From: an uncultured Planctomycetaceae bacterium
GTDB lineage: Bacteria > Planctomycetota > Planctomycetia > Planctomycetales > Planctomycetaceae
Assembly (NCBI GenBank): GCA_963813715.1
Contig: CAWFAK010000009.1
Coordinates: forward strand, 384,001-448,000
Length of the DNA stretch: 64,000 bases
Reading direction: 5' to 3'
In this document: piece after piece, positions 53,831-64,000 of the stretch
Numbering within the stretch: the stretch's first letter is position 1
Layout of the letters: the number at the start of each line of letters is the position of its first letter
Notes under the pieces: generated by a model
Told to the model about the DNA's origin: nothing
Seen by the model: the letters and a program-made list of their open reading frames with translations, nothing else
Databases searched by the model: none
Program-made: the position numbers and the translations under genes

Positions 53831-54889
53831 GTGAGCTTCCCCCGCCACCGCGACTTGATCACCGGCCGCTCGCGCGGGCTGCTGGCAGACGCCTCGCGGG
53901 GCGGGCTGGCGTTCGCTACTCTCTTTTACGGCGCGGCGGTTCGAGCGCGTAACGCGGCCTTCGACGTCGGCGTGCTCCGAGCGCACCAGGCACCGGTCCC
54001 CGTCGTCAGCGTCGGCAACCTGACCACTGGGGGCACCGGCAAGACGCCCATTGTCGCGGCCATTGTCGAGTGGTTCACGTCGCACGGCGTGCGTCCGGCC
54101 ATCCTGAGCCGTGGCTATCGGCCGCACGCCGGCGCCGCGAACGACGAAAAGCTCGTCCTCGATCAACTCTGCCCGGGCGTGCCGCATCTGCAAGGAGCCA
54201 ATCGAGTCGAGTCCGCGGACGTCGCATGCGAGCGACACGGTGCGCAGGTGCTGGTGCTGGATGACGGCTTTCAGCACCGGCGACTGGCTCGCGACCTCGA
54301 CCTAGTGCTTATTGACGCGCTCGATCCCTGGGGTTCGGACCACCTGTTGCCTCGCGGTCTGCTCCGCGAACCTCGCTCGGCGCTACGGCGTGCCGACGCC
54401 GTGATTCTCACTCGCGCCGATCTGTGCCAACCGGAGCAAAAGGCCCGCATCATCGACGACATTCGACGCTTCGGCTCCGACGAGCCGCCGATCGAAGCCG
54501 CGTTTCGTCCGACGGGGCTAATCAACGCAGTTGGGGAGCAGGCCGCGGCCGACTCGCTCGCGACCGTGGCCGCTTTCTGCGGCATCGGCAACCCGGACGG
54601 ATTTCTCCGGACGCTCGCCGACGCAGGTCTGAAGCACGTCGCCTTTCGCCCATTTCGCGACCATCACCACTATTCGGCTGCCGACCTGGACGATCTGGCG
54701 CGCTGGGCCGTCGAACAGAATGCCGCCGCGCTCGTCACCACCCAGAAGGACCTCGTCAAGATCCCGCAGACTCGGCTCGGCGAGCTGCCGCTGTGGGCAC
54801 TCACCGTACGGGCAAAGTTCACCGCCGGCGCCGAGCGATTCTCTTCGCTCCTTCAAGACTTGGTGATGAGCAAGTCCGCGCCGAATTGA
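53831..54889 (+). CDS. lpxK: Tetraacyldisaccharide 4'-kinase
   Basis: VGNLTTGGTGKTP, LSRGY, LDDGFQH, LLPRGLLREP, AFCGIGNP, DHH, TTQKD. Confidence 0.95.
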   Translation: MSFPRHRDLITGRSRGLLADASRGGLAFATLFYGAAVRARNAAFDVGVLRAHQAPVPVVSVGNLTTGGTGKTPIVAAIVEWFTSHGVRPAILSRGYRPHAGAANDEKLVLDQLCPGVPHLQGANRVESADVACERHGAQVLVLDDGFQHRRLARDLDLVLIDALDPWGSDHLLPRGLLREPRSALRRADAVILTRADLCQPEQKARIIDDIRRFGSDEPPIEAAFRPTGLINAVGEQAAADSLATVAAFCGIGNPDGFLRTLADAGLKHVAFRPFRDHHHYSAADLDDLARWAVEQNAAALVTTQKDLVKIPQTRLGELPLWALTVRAKFTAGAERFSSLLQDLVMSKSAPN

Positions 54890-56990
54890 AGCAAATTCCA
54901 GTAATACAGAAACCAGGCGAAGCCGAGCCCAGCAAACGCGACCAGCGAGTAGTGCACGCGGCCGGAAAACCGCCAATAGCCGCGGGACCATGCGACGATC
55001 GAACCCAAGAGCGCGATGGCCGCCAGTCCGACGCACACCTGCGGAACCAGGAGCGCGTACTCCAGCTCGCGCGGCGTGCCGTAGACCACTTGTTCCGGCT
55101 CGCGCAGCCCCCACGCTAGCGCGCCCATGAAAACCAGTGCAGCCGCCGACAACAGCCAGCCGAAGAACGAAATCAGCCCGGACAGGAACGAGCGGCGGAA
55201 GCGAGTCGATTTGGTGCCGCGACGTGCGAACGCCAGCACGGGCCAAAACAAGAAACGCCGAAAGAAAGACCAGCCCGCAAGCCGCGGCGAGCCCCTGGTG
55301 ATAGCGAGGCTGGTTCACGCCCGTTTCGCGGATCATGGCCGCGGCCGGCACGTCGGCCATATAAACCTGCGAGATGTTACCCTGTTCGTCCTCGTGGAAG
55401 ATCAGCTTGCGGCGCCCATCCAGCTCGCGAAAGACGAGCGGCCCCTCGGGCACATAACGCCGCGGCTCGCCGCTGAACCCGGCCGTCAGCGTGCCATTGT
55501 CGTTGGCGTGGACGGTGAATGGCTGCAGCAACAGGACCAGCTTGGCATAAGTCGTTTCGGAATGTCGCGAGCCGCTGTATTCCCCCTCGAATCGCTTGAG
55601 CGAGGCGACGTCAGCTGTCGTCGTTCGCGAGCGCGGCTCCGGCGGGCCGGGGAAGTAGCGGTCGAGAAACGCATCGAGGACTTCTTCCCGCGCCCCGCCT
55701 GCCCGATCGGTGTTATACGACAGGAATAGGCCAACCTTCTGCTCCGGGATCATCGCAAACAGCGTATGAAACAGCAGGGTGTCGCCGCCGTGATGAAGGA
55801 TTCGCTGGCCATTCCGGTTGAGCTCCCAAAAGCCATAACACATCGCGTCGACTTTCGGGTCGTGGGCAAAAAGACGCTCTCGCATGCGACGAGCCGTCTC
55901 CGGCTTGAGGATCCGCACGTCGCCATACTTGCCGTCGTTTAAATGGGCGATCAGAAAGTGGGACATGTCGGCGGCGGAGGCGCTGATCGCTCCGGCGGGC
56001 GATAGCGGCACGTACTCGAAGCTCTCTTCTTTGAAACGGCCGTCGGACCACTTGTAGGCCTTCGATACCGTTGCCGGGAGCTTCAGTGCGTCCGGTTGCC
56101 GCGCGAGCGTGTATTTCATGCCCAGGGGAACGAGCAGCCGCTCCTCGACAACGTCTTCCCATGTTTTGCCGGCGACCGTGGCCACCGCCAACCCGGCCAG
56201 CGCGGAACCATAATTCGAGTATGACGCGACGACTCCCGGCGGCCGCACGCGGGCCGGCATGTCGCTCTTGAGGACTTCGGCCAGCGGCTTCATCTCGGCC
56301 GCGCGATGGGCAAACAGGCCGACCGGCCGATCCTCGAAGCCCGGCGTGTGCGTCATCAGGTCCTTGAGCGTGATCGGCTTGCCGAATGCCGCGGGGATTT
56401 GCACGCCGGTCCCCTTGAGATACGTATTGATGTCGGCATCAGGATCGAGTTTCCCCTCTTCGACCAGCTGCATGGCGCTCGTCCAAGTGAAGAGCTTGGT
56501 GACCGAGGCGATGCGGAACATCGTGGTTTGCGGATCGACGGGCAGCTGTTTCTCAACGTCCGCGTAGCCGTACCCCTTCGTGAAGACCAACTTGTCGCCA
56601 ACGACGACGGCCACCACAGCTCCGGCGATGTGCTTCGATTCGAGTTGCACGCGCAGTGCGCCGTCGAAGAAGGCTTCGAGATCCTCGGCATTCCCGACTG
56701 GATGGGGCTTGGCGGCCGCTTGGGCTGCCACCGTCGGCGCGCTTGCGCGGCGGCGAAACGGGCTCGACGTGCGTTGCCGGCGGAGTGGCGGACGGCTGAG
56801 CTGCGGCGGGCTTGCCGGTCGGCGGCGAATTGGACTCGGGGGCCGGCTTGTCGGCCGCTTTCACCGCCACAGCCGGTGCCGGATGGGTGGGCAGCTTTGG
56901 GGCGGGCGGCTCGGGAGCGGTTGCAGAAATTGCTGAACCGGCCGCCGCTATCAGGCTGCAAAAAATCGCGCAACAGGTGAGCGAACGCAT
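54853..56990 (-). CDS. Beta-lactamase-family serine hydrolase with C-terminal TM helices; indels near 56740 and 55250
   Basis: Signal peptide at 56990; FRIASVTK (SxxK), YSN, HGG; three C-terminal TMs, the last two in ORF 54853..55251. Confidence 0.85.
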
Positions 56991-57315
56991 CGAAGTCTGC
57001 CTTGCCAGAGATGTCTCGGGAGCGATCCCCTTCAGTTTAATAGCCGGCTGCTGAGGAATTCGATCCGCGCGGGCATTTCTTGACTTGGGCGGGCTTTACC
57101 TACGCTTCAGATTGGGCACGTCAGGCCCTCACAGACTCGGTTGACACTCTTCGGCGACAGGGGTCTAATCGTTGCCTGATAAAGCCCGATCTCGGCAGAT
57201 CTTGCGATCGCCGTGCCATGATGTTCGTCCGATGTTTCGCTGGTTCGAATCGCAGCCGGTGGGACGTGACGTTGAGCGTCGGGCTGTGTGGTTCCCGAAC
57301 CGGAGGAAATCGTCA

Positions 57316-57690
57316 ATGTTGAAGTTGTCGCTGAAGGCTGTCACGGGGTTGGCGCTGGCGCTTGCCGCGTTGGTGTGGTTGATGTCGGCCCGTCCGGCTG
57401 AAGCCCGCCCCCAATACCTGGGTGTCTGGATCAAGACGTATCCCGATGTTGCGGCAAAGAACAACGTAAAGACGGCCGTGAAGTGCAACGTCTGTCACTT
57501 CGGCGCCACGAAGAAAAACCGTAACGACTACGGCAAGGCTATTACGAAGGCCCTCGGCGAGAAGAACGTCAAGGACAAGGACAAGGTCGAAGACGCGCTG
57601 AAGACGGCCGCCAAAGAGAAAAACGCGGACGGCAAGACCTTCGATGAACTGCTCCAGGCCAACGAGCTTCCCGGTTCCAAGGAGAAGTAG
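57316..57690 (+). CDS. Small secreted monoheme c-type cytochrome
   Basis: GGAGG RBS; signal peptide ending AEA; CNVCH. Confidence 0.85.
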   Translation: MLKLSLKAVTGLALALAALVWLMSARPAEARPQYLGVWIKTYPDVAAKNNVKTAVKCNVCHFGATKKNRNDYGKAITKALGEKNVKDKDKVEDALKTAAKEKNADGKTFDELLQANELPGSKEK

Positions 57691-57768
57691 GGACCTCCAC
57701 ACAACGCCCGGTGCAGTCGCCGTCCTTTCGGACCGTGGCTCCGGCACTGTGGCGCGGCACGGATTCGC

Positions 57769-57803
57769 AGAAAGACCGCCGACTTCGGCGGTCTTTCTCT
57801 TTT
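57769..57803. terminator. Hairpin terminator between convergent genes
   Basis: 13-bp perfect stem AGAAAGACCGCCG / CGGCGGTCTTTCT followed by CTTTT. Confidence 0.75.
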
Positions 57804-57825
57804 CCAGCTGCCCAAACGCTTTGTT

Positions 57826-58581
57826 TCAGCCGCGCGCCGCACCGTTCTCCGGCGGCGGCACGTGCGGGCTGCGAAGATGAAAATCGATGACCAGCGGCAA
57901 GTGATCGGAGGCGATTCGCGCCAGCCGGCTGCGCACGATCCTCGCTTGCCGGATGGAAATGTCGCCGCGAATGAACGCCTTGTCGAGCGAACCCATGGCC
58001 AGGTACGACGGAAACGTGCGAAAGCGGGAGATCGGCGCGGTCACCTGGTGAAAGCCGTACGCCCCGAGCACGGCCTCGCCCAGCCGGTTCCGCCAATCGT
58101 TCGAGTCGCCGATCAGCAGCGTGGGCAGCGTCTCGGCCGACCGAAAAAGGGAGTGCTCCAGCACGTGTCGGACCTGCCAGCGCCGCTCCTGCTCGGCGAG
58201 TCCCAAGTGCCAGTGGACGATGTGCAAGAGCCCTTCGGGCGTCTCCAGGACAGCCAACTGGGCGCCGCGCGGCTTTCGCTCTTCGTGACGCAGCGAAATC
58301 TGATGGTGGTTGCGCAGCGGCCAGCGCGTCAGCAGCAGGTTGCCATAGCCCCCTTCCTTGAGACGCACGTTCATCTGGTACAGGGGCTGCCGATCGCCGA
58401 AATAATCGACCAAAAGCTGCGGCTGGTCGTGATAGCGTGAGCGACGAACGTTCCGATCGACTTCTTGCAGACAAACGATGTCTGGGTTGGCCGCTTCGAT
58501 GACAGCCAGGACGCGACCGAACCGGTAGCGCCGGTCGCGGCCGCCGATGCCTTTGTGAATGTTGTAACTGAGGATCCGCAT
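57826..58581 (-). CDS. Endonuclease/exonuclease/phosphatase family protein
   Basis: LSYNIHKG, CLQEVD, YGNLLL, IGDSN, LDKAF, ASDHLP. Confidence 0.92.
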   Translation of the reverse strand: MRILSYNIHKGIGGRDRRYRFGRVLAVIEAANPDIVCLQEVDRNVRRSRYHDQPQLLVDYFGDRQPLYQMNVRLKEGGYGNLLLTRWPLRNHHQISLRHEERKPRGAQLAVLETPEGLLHIVHWHLGLAEQERRWQVRHVLEHSLFRSAETLPTLLIGDSNDWRNRLGEAVLGAYGFHQVTAPISRFRTFPSYLAMGSLDKAFIRGDISIRQARIVRSRLARIASDHLPLVIDFHLRSPHVPPPENGAARG

Positions 58582-58721
58582 ACCTGTGGCTTTTTAGTCA
58601 GCTCCTCGAATGTCTCTCGCCCCTGCGGCTTTCGTTCCGTTCGTCGGCCACGCGACTCCCTCTGCGGCCCACGCTATTATGGCGAGACCAACTCCGACCG
58701 TGCTTCTTGGGAACTACAGCG

Positions 58722-59180
58722 ATGCAATTCATGGATCTCGTCGACTACGCCTCGCGCTGGCTGCATGTTTCCACGGCGATCGTGTTGGTGGGCGGGACGG
58801 TGTTCATTCGCTTCGTGCTGACGCCCAATGCCGAGCAGCTCTCTCAAAACGAGCACGACCGTCTGCGCGAGCTAGTCACGGCAACGTGGCGCAAGTTTGT
58901 CAGGGCCGGAATTCTCCTGTTTCTGTTAACGGGCCTCTACAATTACTTTGCCGTGGCGGTTCCGAAGCATCATGGCGACGGGCTGTACCACGCGTTGATG
59001 GGGACCAAGATCCTGCTGGCGTTCGGCGTCTTCTTCCTGGCGGAAGCGCTCGTGGGCCGCTCCGCCGCGTTCGCCCCCTTGCGAGCGAAGCGAAAACTTT
59101 GGCTGATGGTGCTGATCCTCTTAGCATTCGTTATCGTGGCGATCTCCAGCGTGCTCCGCGTCCGGGGCGTCGTGGTCTAA
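58722..59180 (+). CDS. Four-TM membrane protein (CopD/DUF4149-like)
   Basis: RWLHVSTAIVLVGG, LLTGLYN, YHALMGTKILLA. Confidence 0.75.
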   Translation: MQFMDLVDYASRWLHVSTAIVLVGGTVFIRFVLTPNAEQLSQNEHDRLRELVTATWRKFVRAGILLFLLTGLYNYFAVAVPKHHGDGLYHALMGTKILLAFGVFFLAEALVGRSAAFAPLRAKRKLWLMVLILLAFVIVAISSVLRVRGVVV

Positions 59181-59503
59181 GTCGCAAGAGTGAGTGCGTC
59201 GCCGCCCCTCGAACGCTTCGTCGTGATAATCCTTCTGATCGGTAGATTCCCGGCTCACCTCCGGCGGTGATTCGCCGAATTCCGCGGACGACCGCGCGCT
59301 TTTCTGAGATCAATCGCGCGCTTTTCTGCGTCTTAATTATTTGGACTGTCTCAATTACTGGGCAGCCAACCGGACACGTCCTTGATCCCGCCCGACAAAG
59401 TCCCTCCGGACGGGCGACCAAGCCTCCGCATCCCCTGTCGTGGCACGCCCCATGCCGCCTCTCAGAAGAGTGGGGCAAAAAACGCGTGGAGCCTCGACAC
59501 CCC

Positions 59504-59531
59504 TTGACCCGATATGATACATTTGTACATT
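59504..59531 (+). promoter_or_regulatory. Possible sigma70 promoter upstream of the sigma factor
   Basis: TTGACC-N16-TACATT in an AT-rich intergenic region. Confidence 0.35.
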
Positions 59532-59771
59532 ACTCGACAGCTTGTATTTTTGAAAATTCGTTTGCATGCGAACTTTTTTGTTCAAGCTACATCTAATCCC
59601 TGCGTAATTACAGCTAGGGCCACGGAGCGTCGGTTATTGGGCTGTCCCGACGTCCGTTTGATGTCGTGGTTTTTGCAGTTCGTCATAAGTCGCAAACCGT
59701 TTGAGCCATTCAATTTGCACCTTGTGATGCTAAAGCTCAGGCGAGTCAAAGGTTAGCAATGGGGGGAGGGC

Positions 59772-61445
59772 GTGATGAAAGCTTCGCGATATTGCCACCC
59801 CGTCATGAAACAGTTGACGGATCAACAAGTCCGATACGCGCCGCGCGATGTGCGGCTGACGCAGATTCGGCGAGCTGAGCGACTGGTCCGCGAGCTCGAT
59901 CCGGGCAAGTCCTATCCGTATCACGAGATCTGTGAGCGGGTTACCACGTTTCGCCCGGAGCTGTACCCAGACCTGGTCATTCAAGGGAACGATGCGGTCC
60001 ACGATTTGCGGTGTTTTGTTGAGGATCTGTCCGACAGCACGGACCTGGACGTCTCAAACGTCGACGAGCCCGTGCTGACCGTGGACGAGATCAGTCGGCG
60101 GTTCAACGTCTCCACAAAGACGGTGGATCGATGGCGGGATCGGGGGCTGATCAGCCGCCGGTTCAAGTTCGGCAAACGGAAACGCATCGGATTTTTGAAG
60201 TCGAGCGTCGAAACGTTTGTCTCACGCCATGCCGACGAGGTGCGGCGGAGCAGCCGGTTCAGCCAGCTGTCGCCGTGGGAGCGGGAAGAAATCGTAGAGC
60301 GGGCTCGACGGTTGGCTCGGTACGGCGGATGTCCGTCCGAGGTTGCCCGTCGATTGGCACGAAAACTGAGACGTTCACCCGAGACGATTCGTTACACGCT
60401 CAAAAATCACGATCGCGAGCACCCGGAGAGCGCCGTGTTCCCCTTTGCTTCGACACCGTTGTCCGATGAGCAGAAGAAGGAAATCTACCGGAGCAGCCGT
60501 CGAGGCGTTCCGGCCGCTCGGCTAGCGCGCACATATTGTCGCACGAAGGCGAGCGTTTACCGCATTATCTCGGAAATGCGGGCACACCGTCTGATCGACC
60601 AGCCGGTCGAGTTCATGGACAGCCCCGAGTTCCACAAGCCGCACGCGGAAGCGATGATCCTCGGTCCGCCGCCGGAGACGAGCCGGTTCGAAGGGCGCGT
60701 CAAGGCACCGCCGGGACTGCCTCCGTACCTGGCCAGTCTGTACTCGATTCCGCTGTTGACCCGCGAGCAGGAGGCCTACTACTTCCGGAAGATGAACTTC
60801 CTCAAGTTCAAGGCATCGCGCCTGCGGGACAAGCTCAACAAGGCGCGGCCGCACACGAAGGACATGGACGCGATCGAGGGCTTGCTGGACCAAGCCGTGG
60901 AGATCAAGAACTTCCTGATCCGCAGCAACCTGCGGCTGGTGGTCTCGATCGCCAAACGGCACATCAAGCCGACGAGCAACTTCTTCGAGATGGTCAGCGA
61001 CGGGAACATGTCCTTGATTCGGGCAATCGAGAAATTCGATTACACGAAGGGGAACAAGTTCTCGACCTACGCCACGTGGGCCATCATGAAGAACTTTGCC
61101 CGGTCGATCCCGGCCGAGCACAGCCTGCTTGAGCGGTTTCGCACGGGTAAGGACGAGGTCTTCCAGCATTCGACCGAGCACCGGGGCGATCAGTTCCGCG
61201 AGGAGTTGGTCAACCAGCGGCAGCGGCAGATGATCCTGGAAATCCTCGATCAGCTCGACAATCGGGAGAAGGACATCATCATGTTCCGCTACGGCCTCAC
61301 GCAGGGGACGGAGCCGCAAACGCTCGAACAGGTGGGCTCGAAACTGGGCGTCACCAAGGAGCGAATCCGTCAGCTGGAAGCACGGGCGCTGCGGAAGCTG
61401 CGAAAGATCGCCCAAGACGACAAGTTGGAGATCCCGGGCGAATAA
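59772..61445 (+). CDS. Sigma70-family sigma factor with long N-terminal multi-HTH extension
   Basis: Region 1.2 ([11 protein letters not shown]), region 2 ([27 protein letters not shown]), region 4 ([16 protein letters not shown]). Confidence 0.92.
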   Translation: MMKASRYCHPVMKQLTDQQVRYAPRDVRLTQIRRAERLVRELDPGKSYPYHEICERVTTFRPELYPDLVIQGNDAVHDLRCFVEDLSDSTDLDVSNVDEPVLTVDEISRRFNVSTKTVDRWRDRGLISRRFKFGKRKRIGFLKSSVETFVSRHADEVRRSSRFSQLSPWEREEIVERARRLARYGGCPSEVARRLARKLRRSPETIRYTLKNHDREHPESAVFPFASTPLSDEQKKEIYRSSRRGVPAARLARTYCRTKASVYRIISEMRAHRLIDQPVEFMDSPEFHKPHAEAMILGPPPETSRFEGRVKAPPGLPPYLASLYSIPLLTREQEAYYFRKMNFLKFKASRLRDKLNKARPHTKDMDAIEGLLDQAVEIKNFLIRSNLRLVVSIAKRHIKPTSNFFEMVSDGNMSLIRAIEKFDYTKGNKFSTYATWAIMKNFARSIPAEHSLLERFRTGKDEVFQHSTEHRGDQFREELVNQRQRQMILEILDQLDNREKDIIMFRYGLTQGTEPQTLEQVGSKLGVTKERIRQLEARALRKLRKIAQDDKLEIPGE

Positions 61446-61680
61446 TGCCCTTTGATCGCAGGTGCTGATCCGCCAGCCCGTGGGAACGCCTGATCGCGAG
61501 CCGACCAGGCGGGAGCCCCGGTGGAAGCCGGCGGGAAGTCGCCGCGGCAAAAGGCGACGATTCGGCCAAACCGGCGACTGGTGCGGGCAATCTGCGACCA
61601 GCCGCCGGTTGGATTTTCTGCGGGTGGCTGCCGCTGAGAAACGCTCTCCCCAGCGGGGCTTTGGGGGCGTCCTTTCTCCC

Positions 61681-61708
61681 TTGCAACACACATGTTGCAT
61701 GCTATATT
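61681..61708 (+). promoter_or_regulatory. Putative sigma70 promoter of the tRNA-tuf operon
   Basis: TTGCAA-N16-TATATT with extended -10 TG, 28 nt before the first tRNA. Confidence 0.55.
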
Positions 61709-61735
61709 GAGCAGCTTGTCGCAGGAGCCAGGCCC

Positions 61736-61808
61736 GCTAGCGTAGCTCAATTGGTAGAGCCCCGGTTTTGTAAACCGGTGGTTGTGGGTTCAAGTCCCTC
61801 CGCTAGCT
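61736..61808 (+). tRNA. tRNA-Thr(TGT)
   Basis: GCTAGCG acceptor stem, anticodon arm CCGGT-TT TGT AA-ACCGG, GGTTCAAGTCC T-arm; no encoded CCA. Confidence 0.95.
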
Positions 61809-61946
61809 TCGGGACGATTCAGGCGATCTTCGCTCCAGCAGGCCCCCATTTAATTTGTGATCGTTCAGGTTTTGTGATCGTTCAGGGAGGCGCAACGCAA
61901 CGAACGGGCGATCGGTTCGCTGGAAGTTGGTCACATGCAGGTTACT

Positions 61947-62028
61947 GGGGGAATTCCCGAGCGGTCAAAGGGGCCAGACTGTAAATCTGGTGGCATAGCC
62001 TTCGAAGGTTCGAATCCTTCTTCCCCCA
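61947..62028 (+). tRNA. tRNA-Tyr(GTA)
   Basis: GGGGGAA/TTCCCCC acceptor stem, CCAGA-CT GTA AA-TCTGG, long variable arm. Confidence 0.95.
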
Positions 62029-62237
62029 CTGCGTGGCGGGTGAGCCGCGCGATCCAGCGAAGAAGTTGCCAAGAACCTGAGGGGGGCCGGCGCGGACAAG
62101 ACGACGTCGAACAGGGCGTAGGGAGACGTTGGCATGCCGAGTCGAGCCAAAGCCGGTTGTCAGAGTGTCATTCATCGTCAGGGTGTCATTCCGGGAAATG
62201 TCCTCGCGTGGAGTGTCGTTGACGGGGGGAGAACATC

Positions 62238-62308
<71 letters not shown>

Positions 62309-62336
62309 TTCCAGCGGAGGTGAAGACCGTTTGGTT

Positions 62337-62412
<76 letters not shown>

Positions 62413-62544
62413 GGCGGCGGAGTTCTCCGCCGTCCGCCTCGCAGGCGTCACGCGAAGTTTGATCATCGGTCTACAATTAATCGGTAAACAATCAATCGGG
62501 TTTTGCAGTTGTAAACAGGTTGAAGAGAGGGAAAAGGACGAGAC

Positions 62545-63742
<1,198 letters not shown>

Positions 63743-63833
63743 AAGATTCGATCGATTGAATTAAGGAACGGCTCAGCGGGGGCTTTAGCTCCCGCGAGCC
63801 GCTCTTTCGTTGGGTTCCAAAAGAGGTGTCGTC

Positions 63834-63989
63834 GTGCCTCGCGAGTATGTCTGGTTGGAATGCACCGAAACCGGGATGCGAAACTATCGCGTTCCGAAAG
63901 AGACTCGGGGCACGGAGCGTCTCGAGCTGATGAAATACTGCCCGAAGCTGCGTCGCCACACGCTGCACAAAGAATCAAGGAAGAAGTAG
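63834..63989 (+). CDS. rpmG: 50S ribosomal protein L33; not in the ORF track, 51 aa
   Basis: Hand translation from GTG: MPREYVWLECTETGMRNYRVPKETRGTERLELMKYCPKLRRHTLHKESRKK*; GAGGTG RBS; follows tuf. Confidence 0.93.
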   Translation: MPREYVWLECTETGMRNYRVPKETRGTERLELMKYCPKLRRHTLHKESRKK

Positions 63990-64000
63990 AGATTCCCGGT

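Noticed and set aside
54853..54889. 3' overlaps of convergent genes (lpxK/serine hydrolase; also 16837-16870)
   Set aside because: Short tail-to-tail overlaps are common in GC-rich genomes and could also stem from indels.

Overview
GC-rich bacterial chromosome segment, very probably from a member of the Planctomycetota. Supporting markers are DUF1559-, DUF1501- and DUF1570-like proteins, an HTH-extended sigma factor and an EF-Tu with a planctomycete-type switch I. All family names are recognised from motifs and memory, not from database searches. Most of the window is housekeeping and envelope genes: pabB/pabA, ilvN/ilvC, def/fmt, csrA-flagellin, kdsD, sppA, exbB-exbD-exbD, aceB, tolC-like, icd, lpxK, and four tRNAs followed by tuf and rpmG. 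About 15 genes carry single-base indels, including essential tuf and fmt. This points to an error-prone assembly rather than real pseudogenes. The best candidate for an undescribed system is a tightly packed 7-8 gene operon at 7469-16870. It encodes a GlmL/MutL-type ASKHA ATPase with no B12-dependent mutase nearby, a barrel-sandwich-hybrid/KOW-like partner and four uncharacterised membrane proteins, which together suggest an ATP-driven membrane complex. Other leads are a ~1190-aa Lpt-like bridge protein after kdsD, a GGGAC-rich non-coding region with a Fur-like box next to a DUF1559 gene, a structured flagellin leader next to csrA, several pseudo-enzymes and a c-type cytochrome with no His/Met distal ligand. 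No CRISPR array, rRNA, transposase or integrase was seen.
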